Assembly: GCF_000400465.1 (NCBI RefSeq)
Contig: NW_008806279.1
Coordinates: 176,107-208,106 of the forward strand
DNA length: 32,000 bases
Origin: Wallemia ichthyophaga EXF-994
Lineage: Eukaryota; Fungi; Basidiomycota
Direction of reading: 5' to 3'
Positions within the stretch are counted from its first letter, which is position 1, and every line of letters begins with the position of its first letter. The translations under genes were made by a program, and so were the position numbers. The notes under the pieces are model-generated. The model made no database searches and was not told the DNA's origin. It saw only the letters and a list, made by a program, of their open reading frames with translations. This document shows, one piece after another, positions 1 to 11,262 of the stretch.

Positions 1-299
1 TTAAAGATATTTCTGGTTTAGATGATCTAGTTAACTTGGAAGTACTAGATATATCTAACAATCAAATTAAATCTATAAACAACCTTTCACATCTCAAGAA
101 ACTACAAGAACTTTGGGCTAACTCAAATCAGATTGATAATCTAGATGGCGTTGAGTCTCAACTTCAACACATACAATCCTTGCACACTATCTATTTGGAA
201 CACAATCCCATTCAACACTCGCTCAACACCTCATACAGACGTAAATTGAAAATTTTGCTTCCTCAACTGAAACAAATAGATGCAACACTAACTCAATAA
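1..299 (+). CDS. SDS22: Protein phosphatase 1 regulatory subunit Sds22, 3' part (5' truncated by window edge)
   Basis: The frame is open from base 3 to TAA at 297-299. It has LRRs (LEVLDISNNQI, LQELWANSNQI, LHTIYLEHNPI) and the Sds22-type LRR cap YRRKLKILLPQLKQIDAT. Confidence 0.9.
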   Translation, partial: KDISGLDDLVNLEVLDISNNQIKSINNLSHLKKLQELWANSNQIDNLDGVESQLQHIQSLHTIYLEHNPIQHSLNTSYRRKLKILLPQLKQIDATLTQ

Positions 300-1035
300 T
301 TGAATCGTTTTAATGTTGGCTACAACTCCCTTTTCCTCAACCATCCAATCTACTATATCCCACTGCTTGAATTTTGTACTCCAATACAACATTTCTGACG
401 TTAATGTCAACTTGCTACCTCTTTTCAGCTTCTTCTTCTTAGTGTGAGTGACATCATTTGTCAACTCTTTTAATCTCTCCAAGTCGCCATTTAATATCAA
501 ATATTGAATTGGTTTATATCCACTGATACTCAAATCAACTTTGTTGGTGGATAGCAAGATATCTGTCATGGTTCTATCCTTGATTGATATCGCTTTGATT
601 ATTGGGTAGCCACCCATGCAATTCACATCCGCGTTATAAATATTAATCAACCACTTGACTACATCATAATTACTGTACTTGATAACTGTTTTGGTTAATG
701 ATTTACATTCCAACTGAATGGTGTTGTATAAACTCTCAACTCTCCTGATAATATCCACGTTAAGTATTCTAAACCCAAGCAAGTGATCAATCAACCTCTT
801 TTGTACCAATCTATCGCTCATCCGATCTTTGAATCGTTGCTTAAAATTATTTATCAGGTATCTCATTTTATCCGCCGTATAACTCTCCTTCACCGCCAAA
901 TGTACGTCCTTACAGACCAAATTCAGCGCTGGATTCCCTGCTGTTGCATTGATTGACTGAATCGCCTGGACTGTGTTAATCCATGGCCAGAACATCCACT
1001 GCACCTACATCACATGGCAACGCTTGCAAACTCAT
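288..1035 (-). CDS. Hypothetical protein, about 234 aa, with F-box-like N-terminus and ankyrin-like repeats
   Basis: Model: exons 1035-1009 and 965-288, with a 43-nt intron 1008-966 (GTAGGT...TTAAC...CAG). This gives MSLQALPCD|AIQSINATAGNPALNLVCK. An alternative 34-nt intron (GTGCAG...ACAG) gives LPCDVVQAI. Ankyrin-like segments are YDVVKWLINIYNADVN and GYPIIKAISIKDRTMTDILL; there is a basic patch KKKKLKR. Confidence 0.65.
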
Positions 1036-1168
1036 TCATCACCCTGCTCTTTTAGTGCAGTCGCCATCAAACACTATAAAATTCCAATAATACTTTAATA
1101 TTAAAAATTGCTACAAAATCGTATAAACAAATCAAGTAAAAGTAAAAAAACAACACTATACAGCTCTA

Positions 1169-2586
1169 CTAACACCCACTTAGCCCCAATGTCAAATCTT
1201 CCTCCTCCTCCTCTTCCTGTACACCTCCGATGACGCCATTCAACCTCGGGATGGGAATATCATTTGCAGGTGTGCCTGACATATCCTCAACTTTCGTATC
1301 TCTGCGCTTCATATCTATCCTTTCAGGTCCCTCACTCTCCTCCTCCACGTCCTCTTCCAGATCGGCAAATGCTCTGCACACAGGACAGCTGAAGCATGGG
1401 TAGTGCGTGTTGAGCAGTCCCCGCAAACACTTGTAGTGGAAAGTATGTGAGCAAGGCGCTATAAACAGCGCTTGGCATATCCCCACCGGGAACAAACAAA
1501 TAGCGCAGTCGAGTGTATTGTGCGTGGTCTCACTCGATGTATTTGTATTTGTATTTGTATTTGTCGTGTTATCCGTGTTGCTCTTGCTCTCGCTAGCGGC
1601 GCGCATGCTCCCGCTCATCTCCTTCACCTGTTCGAGCGCCTTCTCGTGGAAAGCGACGGGACTCTTCATTTTATCGCCAATCTCAACCCTAATCTTGATG
1701 CAGCGATAGAGGGCGTCTTTACCGCCCTGGTAATCTACGCCCAGCTGAATAATATCTCCATCGACCATCTCATACGGCTTACTAGCGTGAGTGCTGCCCG
1801 ACAATCGACGATGATTGAGGAATGTCCCACTAGAGCTGCCTGAGTCCTTTATATAAAACTGTTTGTCGCATTAGCGCCGCTGCTTCTCCATCAATTCCTA
1901 CCCACCTTGCCGTCGTCATTCACAGATATTTCGGCATGGTTGCGAGACACTACCTTAGAGCGGAATGCGAGCGAGAGACTAAGAGGATCACCGCCACCGC
2001 CCATCAGCTTCTTGTCATCCTCTGCTACCCCAAGACTAGCTCCTTCATCGTGCTTATCGGTGAAGCGACCTACACGCAGCCGTGCGCCAGGCTTCAGTTG
2101 GCGTGTAGTAATACTGAAATTAGGACTTCTGCTGTTTTCTAAATGTGGCAGAAGTCGCAATCTATGTCTAATTGTATCCTTATCGTCGACCTCGCTTTCA
2201 CTCTGGTTCGAGGACGATGTCGTCGCAGGTCCAGGGGTTCTCCGCTTTGATAACTGACGCCGGATACCCGCACGGGCACCTGAGGCAGTAGCGCTGCCAC
2301 TTGCACTACCACCCGCGGAAGCAGTTGAACTGTGACCGTGCGACGACGATCGTCTGAAAGAGTTGAGTATATTCGTCATAAGAGTCTTGTGGTTGCTCTG
2401 ATTTGTATCTTGTTCGCTTTGGGCTGTTTGGGCTGTTGTTGTTGATTGCGAAGAGGAGTTCTGGGCACCAGCCGGTGGAGGTCTCGTAACATCTCGTGAC
2501 CTTGGATTGCTCCCAAAATTAATTTCAGCAGCAAGTGCTGGATCCGTTACAGTTGCTGCATTCACGCCATAAGTAAACCAAGTCAT
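1169..2586 (-). CDS. DMA1: FHA + RING-H2 E3 ubiquitin ligase (Dma1/Chf family), about 456 aa
   Basis: Exons 2586-1906 and 1858-1169; 47-nt intron 1905-1859 (GTGGGT...CTAAT...CAG). The FHA domain spans the junction (FRSKVVSRNHAEI...GK|FYIKDSGSSSGTFLN...DGDIIQLGVDYQGG). RING-H2 is CAIC...CSHTFHYKC...CPVC. The start is the first ATG of the ORF; the ORF-track start at 2619 is TTG. Confidence 0.88.
1539..1564. repeat. (GTATTT)4 hexanucleotide microsatellite in DMA1 CDS, encoding an NT dipeptide repeat
   Basis: Seen directly: gtatttgtatttgtatttgtatttgt. Confidence 0.9.
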
Positions 2587-2701
2587 GCCTTCTGATGGGT
2601 GTCGTTGTGCGTAACTCAAGTCACACTATCAACAGTCAAGTGGAAACTTTATTTTTTTTTATTCAACTTAAACTTAAAATACAACAATTCACTTATACTG
2701 T

Positions 2702-5700
2702 TCATCCTGTTATCCTCAGCAGCCGCGATATCAACTCATCCTTGTCCTTATCTTCACTGCCCTCTAACGTCATACGCACTCTCTGGAAATTCATCGTATT
2801 GATTGCATTGTTTAGTCGACTGACTAATGCCTCTAGAATTGACACCAACTCTTCATCACTTGCCCCATCCTGTATTACTGGCGCTAGCAGATTTGATGGC
2901 ACGATCGAGTAAACTGATTGTGATGAATCCTCAAAGACCTCCTCTTTGTCTTCTTTTTTCGACTTGGTACGCGAAGATGCACGGCTCATTCCTTTCTCTG
3001 TCTCCGTCCCTCCTGTCATAGTTGAAGCGTCATCATCATTCTCCTTACCAGACTTGCTAGATTTGCTGTCACTTTCATCCTCAAGATCTGTATCGAGCTG
3101 TACATAGTGCTTCGTGCGCTGCTCGCCATCATCTTTGTCCTTCTCCTCCTCACCATCCTTCTCCATCAATTCTGAAGGCTCTTTATGCACGCGCCCGCCA
3201 GCTAGACTCTCTATCTTGACAACCACCCTCGCAAGCTTGCGTATGTCGTCTGGATTGATAATCGGTGGTGTTGACTCAAACATACTAGTGTTCGTCTCTT
3301 CACGCGAGCCTGGTATAGTTACACTGTTCTTGTCCAGCTGTAAACGTCCCTTTAGCTGAATGGGATAGAGGAGAGAGAGATGCTCAGGTACTTCGAGCTA
3401 AATGTTTTTGTTAGCTGATATCTTCGTCCTAAAAACATACTCACCCCCTTCAGACGACGCTCTCCGACAGTAGACACTCCGAATCCAATTCTGCGCAATG
3501 CTGCTACTTCGCTCTTCACTTTCGATGACATGCCCGTTTCTGATTCGGGAGAATTTGGGTCAATCGAACAGTAGTGTTGCAGCTCACTGACTACATCTCC
3601 ACTAGCCATTATTTGTCCTCCTTCAGCTGCGGCTGCCACTCTAGAAGCTCTGTTCACAACAGGACCCCAATAATCCATTCGCTGCGTTACTGGATCGGCT
3701 TCACAGACTGGATACCCTACGTGTATACCCCTGATTGTGTGTTAGTTTGCCTTTTACTTCTATTCTATAACGCACATTCTAACTGAAAGACCTCGTGCTA
3801 TCGAATTACCATTAAAGTCAACCAAAGGTCTACCTTCATCTGTCTCCAGTATCTCTTTAGGCCAGTCCTGAGTCAGCAATTGCAGTTGAACAGTGAAGCA
3901 CCAAAGCAGTGCAGAAGTAACAGTTTGAAACGAAACCATGAACGCATCACCCTGAACAAATTTAGTTTATCAAGTAAAGTAATCCACTAAACCCACCTCA
4001 GTCTTCACTTCGTATCCACCAATTGTTCGAAGATGTCTTCTGAGCAAATGATTGTGTATTCTCATCGCTGATTGCATCCCGCGATTACTCTCCCAGAGAA
4101 TTGTAGAATTGCGAATATCTGTAAACACAAGGGTGACATGTCCGACAGGTGGTGATACTTCTCTATCTAATCTGGCCAATGTTCTATCACCAACAACTGC
4201 ATCATCACGTTTGCGCTGTCCTGTGCGTCTCATTCCTCCATAATAATTATCAATTTCGTTGTTGTTCTCATCATTCGATGGTAGTTTATTTGGCCGGAAG
4301 ATATCAGCAACACTAACGACCATAACCATAAGATTGCCTTGTGCACCATACGCTATTGCAAAATCGCGTAATTTCTGCGCAGCTGTCATAACATCATCCC
4401 GAGTTGTACGAGCAATATCTACAGCCGTCTGAAAACTCATATAATCCCAGAGCGACTTATTGGCAACAATAACGAATTCGTCCATATCAGTGAGGTTGAT
4501 GGTATGAACAGCAGGACGAGCGTTGACAGCAGGTTGAAGATGATAGAAGCCGAATGACTTGGAAACATCAAGTTCATCATTCACCTTCCCTCCTGGTGTC
4601 ACCCATCCTTCTGCTGCACGAATCCGTGCCGTTTCTGGTCGCGATAGTGGCTCATGCTTTGTTGATACCACTCTCGGAGATCCTGATCGTGATATTACTG
4701 CGAGTGAGTCTCCTGCATTTGCTACATGCATAGTCTTGCCCACTATATACACGACTACGGCTGCTGCTCCAGACTTAACCTCGAACATACCCATTTCAGG
4801 TGCATCCTTAGCCGTGCCTGTCGGTGTAGACACAACTGCCATGACCGAGTTGGCTGATACTTGAGATGCTTTGCGGCTGTCACTCTTCGATGACTTGGAT
4901 ACCAAACTCGAGAGTGGTACCACGTCGCTCACATTCGATGTCTTTCTCCGAACTCCTACTAGATTTGGCAGCGCCGTGTCAAAAAACTTTTTGTTGAGGC
5001 GCAGGAATGCACGGCGAAGAGCATCGGGAGTGTCATCTCCAGGTCCTAGTCGAGACAATTCCTTGATTAGCTGCGACTCAAAGCTGTCATGAAGAAACTT
5101 GGACAAGTGGCACCCATTTGCTGTCGTGCTTATCTTCCCATCGAAAAAGCCGAAAAGACACTCATTCTCTTTGCCTCTAAACCTCGGGACAGCGAAATCT
5201 GACATTGAAAGGTTTTCAGAATTACCAATTGAGTCTGCTATCCCATAGGCCATATTGTTGATGTTGGAAAACGACGTTCTCACACGTCTATTTTCAGTCT
5301 CGTCGGGTAGAGAAGGCACACGCAACGTGACATCCATCAGACCGAGTACCCTCAATTCCTTCAGACTAGAGAATTCAGCTAGATTCAATCTACCAGCCGG
5401 TGTTGAATTTCTGTTGTCGAAGTCTTTCACTTCACGAATTTCGAGTCTCTTGTTTCCAGAAAAGTTCAAATAGCGAAGGTCTAAATTCCAGTTCCTTTTA
5501 GTTTGTTAGTAAAAAAGGCTTCGATAATAACGACCTCACCAATTCCAATCGTAGCCCCAATTAGCAATGTTATACTTGAGTACATTGGAACCAACGTCTA
5601 GAACATGCAGTTTGGCTATTTTACCAAGCTCAGCAGGCAGCACTTGAATTTTATTACTGTTGACATGCAAGATACGCAGTGCAATGAGTCTCTCCAAATC

Positions 5701-8700
5701 TTCCGAAGGTAAATTACGGAGATTGTTACCTGAGAGATACAACTCCTGTAAGCCACTGTTCTTGCCGAGACGGTGTGGTGGTATCTCATCAATCTCGTTG
5801 AATGACAGGTTGAGTACTCTGAGCTCAGTCATTAGACTGATGGGATCGAATACCTCATCTGTCAGCCTGTTATCTGCAATAAGCAACCTTTGAAGCTTTG
5901 AAACTAATGGCAACGCAGGTCTGCTTTGTGGTGTCCCAGGTGTACCAATTTGAGGAGCAGCCGATGAGGCTGATGTTTTGCGATCACTCTCTGATGTAGT
6001 CAGCGCTGATGATGCGCTGCCACCTCGACTGTTCAAATCACTCGTACTGCTTTGATGCGACATAGCATTGGCCGCTGCTGCTGCTGCTGCTAAGTTAGGT
6101 GCTGATGTCGCATCGTGATGCAAGGGAGGATCTGGGAAATCATCCAATAAATTACTTGACACATTCAGCACTTCCAAGTTCTGACATTGCCAAATAGCCG
6201 TTGATATTGTTTTGAGGTTGTTATTGTGTAATGCTAAGGTACGTAAATTGAAAAGATCGCTTATCGATTCAGGTAGCGTTGATAGCAAATTGTTGGTGCA
6301 TGAAAGAATTTCTAACTTTGACAACTCTCCAATCGCGCCAGGAAGAGTTGTGAATTGGTTGTAGTCGAGTGATAGATGTAAAAGATTAGGTAAGTATCTG
6401 AACGCATCATCTGAAATCATTGCTAGTTTGGCATTAGATAAGTCAAGTCTTGTGATGTGAGCTGGATTGTTATCAGCTGTTGATAGCGAAAATGAGGTTA
6501 ATGGATTATTTGGTGACTTGAATCTGTTGGCATTTGGACCGATCGTGACATCCAACACACCAATATGATTAAAATCTGCCAGCAATACCTCAAGATTAGG
6601 GAGATCGCAAACAACTGATATATCAGTGAGTGCATTTCTCCTTATATCCAATTCTCGAAGACTGATCAAATTGGCAGCACTTTTTGGTAGTACTGCCAAC
6701 TGATTACCGACGAAAACAGCCCTATGAATCTCCTTCAATTCACTTATCTCTTCAGGTAGAGTCTGGAATGTGTTGAATGAAGCGTCGAGATCGTCCAGTC
6801 CTGTCAGTTTACAAACCACCCGAGGAAAGACATCAAACTTATTGTTAGAGATATTGAGGTATTTGAGGTGTTTCAACTCTGACAAAGACTCAGGCAGTTG
6901 CGTCAACCTATTATTCTGTACTTTCAAACTACGCAATTTTGGCAGACACTTGAAATCGATATGGTCAAGTTCTGGCATACGATTGCATGACATGTCCAAC
7001 CGCGTAAGTGAGCGACAATAGAGACGCACGCTTGGCCACAATCTCTTCATCGATACCATCGATAATTTGAGTTCGCGCAGTGATGTACACAATTGAATAA
7101 AGTCAGAAGGTAGATCAGTGAGTGGATTCTTCGAAAGATTGAGATAGATGATTGAGTGAGCATGACGATATAAGAAAATTGGCACTGTTTGTAAATTCTT
7201 GGCTTGCAAGTCGATGTATTCGAAGCTACCAAATGAGCCAACATCCTCAGCTTCGTAGTAGGTCACAGTAGCGATCCTGTAAATAAATCTGCAAATGAAG
7301 CTTAGATCTTCCTTTCCAAGCTCATCTAGATGATCGTTGTCAGTGAATCCAAGCTGCTCGAGTCTGCGCTTTTGCAGTAACAATGGCTTCTCTGAAGATC
7401 CCATAGCCCTTTCTTTCATCTTCTCACGGATATATAACTGATGCATTGCTGGCTGAACTCTCAACTTTTTGGCAATCATATGAGAAAGTTCATTTACGGT
7501 CGTATGTAATGCGCTTGAGAAAGTGAGATATGATCCATCAGACTTGTAAACGCGGATGCAGTACTGAGTGGTGTTAGCTTTGCAATAATCTCAACTTAAG
7601 GAAGACGTACATTTCCTGCAGCTCCTTTCGATCCTTGCTGAGATGCACTTCCAGCAGTGGAAGGTCGTTGTAAACTTGAACTAGTAGGTCGCTTCGCCGA
7701 GGAAGCTCTACGGAGAGATGCTTTCCGAATATCCTCCCCTATCTCTAATTGCTCACCAGTATGATTAGGCGTCAGATTGTTCGTCTGTCCGCCTGAATCT
7801 TTCGACTGCTGACGCGACCTGGTACCGTTATTACCAGTATCGCTATTTTTTCGACTCTCCTCGTCCACATACTCATTCACATCAGTTGTAGATGGATTGT
7901 TTTGATCTAATGGTTTCAGCCGAATCGGTCTCACGCCTGCATTCTGATCAGCTGATGACCTCTGGAAAGCTGGTGAACCCCAAGTTGCAGCTTCACCAAA
8001 AGCTCCATTCCAGTTGTCTTCCTCTGGATTAAAGTCAAAGTAATTAGAAACCCTACGCTGATGATTATCGTCATTGTCGTCATAATAACCATCTCCTTGC
8101 TCATCTTCCTCGGAAGAACCTGAGTCGTACTCTTCTTTGCTGGAAGGTGCTTGTACTATTCCCCAACTTTCGGGTGCTTGCCAGCCAGCCGGGCTAGAAT
8201 TGTCAGCACTATTTGCAACCGTTTGAGGTTGTGTCTGATTGAACGCCGTCTTGATACCACCTAATTGCACATGGTCAGGTTGTCGTGGTGAAGGAGGACC
8301 AGAACGCTTCCCTCCCATCTTTTTGGGTATATCAAACTCGGATGGCGGAGGATTAATGCGCCATTTGGAATCAGCAGGGAACTTGCTGTCACCGCGATCA
8401 TTTGAGCCGGATCTCTGCTTTTCCTTTGCGGGAGTAGGTGGGGACATGGACAGACTTGGAGCCAATTGAGGGGGATCTTGAGTTCTCGGAGAAGTGCTGT
8501 AAGACAATTTCTGAGCACCAGGCCGTTTGGAGCGCGGAAGTAGATCAAGATCGAACTGACCATCAATTAAGAAGGAGGGAGTGGGTAGGGTCATTGGTGG
8601 TTGATTTTTGTGGGCAGTGCTTGATCTTCGGCTTCTTGAACGGCCTCTAGTAGAAGAATTGGAGGAGGCATTCCTATTTGAGGAGTTGGAAGAATGGCCA

Positions 8701-9332
8701 GCAGTAGAAGCAGAGCCTTGCCTCTTTTCACGTTTCGGATTTGGTTGAGGATCCTTGACGCCAGCTACGATACCTTCCATGTGAGTGAGATCAGTATCGA
8801 GTGAGATAGCAGGTTCACCAGGCCTTTCGTCCTGTTTACCGTGGGAGGAGCCTAAACGAGGCTTATTTCGGGGAGTCTTAGAGGACGAGGGATGGGGATC
8901 CTTTTGAATATCGGCGTAGGACGCGGCCCTCGAAAGAGCAGGAGAGTCGTTAGGGGTGTAAGGAGTGTGAGAATGATGATCAGCGTAATCTTTGGAAAGC
9001 ACGGAGGACGTAGAATGCTTGGGTTTTAAAAGATTCTTCCAGCCTTTGCGCTTGTGCTCTGCTGAGGAACGGTGGTTGTCGATATCGGCCTTGTCGGAGA
9101 GATCTGCAGTGGAGGAATTCAAATTAATTGCCTTATTGATCGGCGGTGTATCTGGAGGAAGATAATTCATGTTGAGATTTGATTGGACGAGATTTGAGCT
9201 GAGCCATGGAGCAACTGGGTTATCTGAGTCTTCCAGTGGTTGAGCTGGTTGTTGTGGCTGCTGTGCCTGTTTATCCTCCTTTGACGCAGTAGATCCCTTC
9301 CTGCTACGCTTAATTTTCTTTAATTTCTCCAT
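2702..9332 (-). CDS. CYR1: Fungal adenylate cyclase, about 2133 aa
   Basis: Exons 9332-7611, 7563-5540, 5494-3997, 3951-3776, 3730-3445, 3397-2702 (6402 nt, in frame); introns are 47, 45, 45, 45 and 47 nt. Domain order: G-alpha-binding motif WQAPESW, Ras-association (YCIRVYKSDGS), LRRs, PP2C-like domain, class III cyclase (TLVFTDIRNST, KTE|GDAFMV, RM|GIHVGYP...MDYWGPVVNRASRV) and a C-terminal CAP-binding-like helix. Confidence 0.97.
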
Positions 9333-9377
9333 AACGAAGTGGACATGGACGTTGATAAGGATGAAATGAATTTAACT

Positions 9378-11187
9378 TTAAACTTGATTAGATAAAACTA
9401 ATCCAAGCGCTACAATTATTATCGATGTTATCGGCGTTATTAGTGCATAGCTTATGAACAGCGTCTTCGATATCAGCTTCTCAAATGCGTCTCCACTTGT
9501 GGCTTGTGTTAGTTGCGCTAGTGTCAGGGCTGGTGGCGAGCCTATCAGTAAGCATGCCGATACTACAAACACTGGATCATCCAATACGCGATATTTGCTT
9601 GTGAGGTCATCCCATAAGAACAATGGTAGAATCATTGCTGGTGTTATTATCATCCTAGCTACCACAGCAACAAATACTGTCCTCTTCTCTCCGCGTTTGT
9701 CCATACTTGTACGTGTACGTGGCTTTGTTATGTTTACTACTCCATTTGTGAAGAATGATTGAACGCTATTAACGAAACTTGGTCGCCGCCTCTGCAAATC
9801 TCCTTCAAATTGATCGATTGGTGCTTGTATTGTTGTTGGTTTCGACTCTGGTGCGGATGAATAGAAGTATGCACCGAGAACAACAAGTGTGAGTGGTACT
9901 GAGACATTTCCTGCGCTCTTGATGGCACCTCTCAAAGGCGTTGCTTTGTCGAGCGCATCTTGAGTATATGTTAGAAAGATTCTTACTTTATTTTCATCAC
10001 TAACTCTGCAAAGGTCTGATCAAAGCAATCACAAGAGAAACGAAAGCCGCCCAAAGTGGGGGTGTCATGAAAGAAAGCTTAGGCGTGTTAGATTGTTTCA
10101 TTCAATGCAGCTCTCAACTTACTATTTTCCTCCAAGCAACACCAATCACTCTAGTAATTGGCTTCACTCGTCTTTCACATTTCTTCCACAGGCGCTTTAT
10201 GGTGCTCATCTTTCCTGTCCCGCTAGGAAGACCCCATTCTCTATCTCCGAGAGAGTCGTCATCGTCTGTATCACTAGAACTGCTGTCGTCTTGCTGAAAT
10301 TGATAGGTTTGCGGAGGTATTTGAGCGTGTGGTAATCCCGTAGATAGTTTATGGTCGTTTCCGTAGCTAATAGCAGGTGGTACGCTGGTTGAGGGTGTTG
10401 AAGGTGATAACGTAATGCTTGGATGACGACCAGAGGAAGGGAAGTGGCTGTTCTGTGCAAACGCTAAAGCTGGATCACTCTCTGTAGCTGAGTTGTCGTT
10501 GTAGGGAGTAGCTGAGTTGTCGTTATAAACTGTAGCTTCTTCAGAACCGTCAAAGGAGCGATTGTTTTCGAGTTGTTCGTTAGGCTCGTCAGCTTGGTCA
10601 GCTTCTGCGAGGAGCCTGACACCCCAACTCCATCTGAGTACCTGACCCATGGTGGAGTAGACGACCAAGTAAGTGAGTGCTCTACCAAGCATCATTTCCT
10701 TTGTGTCGTGTACGGACCACTTAAGACTGGGGACTGTGACGACGAGAGACTGCATCAGGGCGATCGGAAGGCTGTTAGAGTTCTGAAACGCGCCACAAGC
10801 GATTGCGAAATTTCTCTGGCGCTTGTTTAGGCCGACGAGACGACCAAGCCCCCAAGCAGCCAAGACAGAAGCGAGAGTGATAAGAACAAAGCCAATAGGA
10901 ATAACGTGCAGCTCTCTAAGTTTCGAAGGAGACAAAGAGAAGGCAACTTTCGAGAAGAGTAAAGCGGGTGTGAATAGATCGATATTTAGCTTATTTAGAA
11001 GCCTCGTTGCTGGTTTGTCAATTATCTTCCTCGTAGCCAGGAAATACCCGCATAAGCAGAGCACGATCACTTCAATGACGCTCTAGGGGTTGTGTGAGTT
11101 GAGCAGCACTAGCACCAGGAAAAGGCTAATACTTACATTGAATACAGCAACAAGTAATTTACTCGTTGGCGTTGATTCGTTGCTCAT
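9378..11187 (-). CDS. Auxin efflux carrier-like (PIN/PILS, Mem_trans family) membrane transporter, about 554 aa
   Basis: Exons 11187-11137, 11082-10123, 10077-10005, 9958-9378 (1665 nt); introns are 54, 45 and 46 nt. Motifs: FTPALLFSKVA, FQNSNSLPIAL, MTPPLWAA, AGNVSVPLTLVVLGA, RMIITP, DDPVF, SPPALTLAQ. Two hydrophobic halves flank an acidic/Ser-rich loop. Confidence 0.85.
10484..10524. repeat. 24-bp-period tandem duplication (YNDNSAT x2) in the transporter's central loop
   Basis: gtagctgagttgtcgtt occurs at 10484-10500 and 10508-10524. Confidence 0.85.
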
Positions 11188-11262
11188 GTGTTCTTGATTG
11201 TTCACTTGAAAGATATTCGAAATCCAACAAACGTTGATCGCGCTTGGCTTATCAGCTCGCAC

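Noticed and set aside
999-1008. Apparent +1 frameshift or 10-nt intron at the start of the ankyrin orphan
   Set aside because: A canonical 43-nt intron resolves it, so there is no need to invoke a pseudogene or sequencing error.
9318-9383. Possible splice or readthrough fusion of the transporter to CYR1
   Set aside because: A second in-frame TAA follows the stop, and the only in-frame GT (GTTTAA) is a poor donor with no good branch site.
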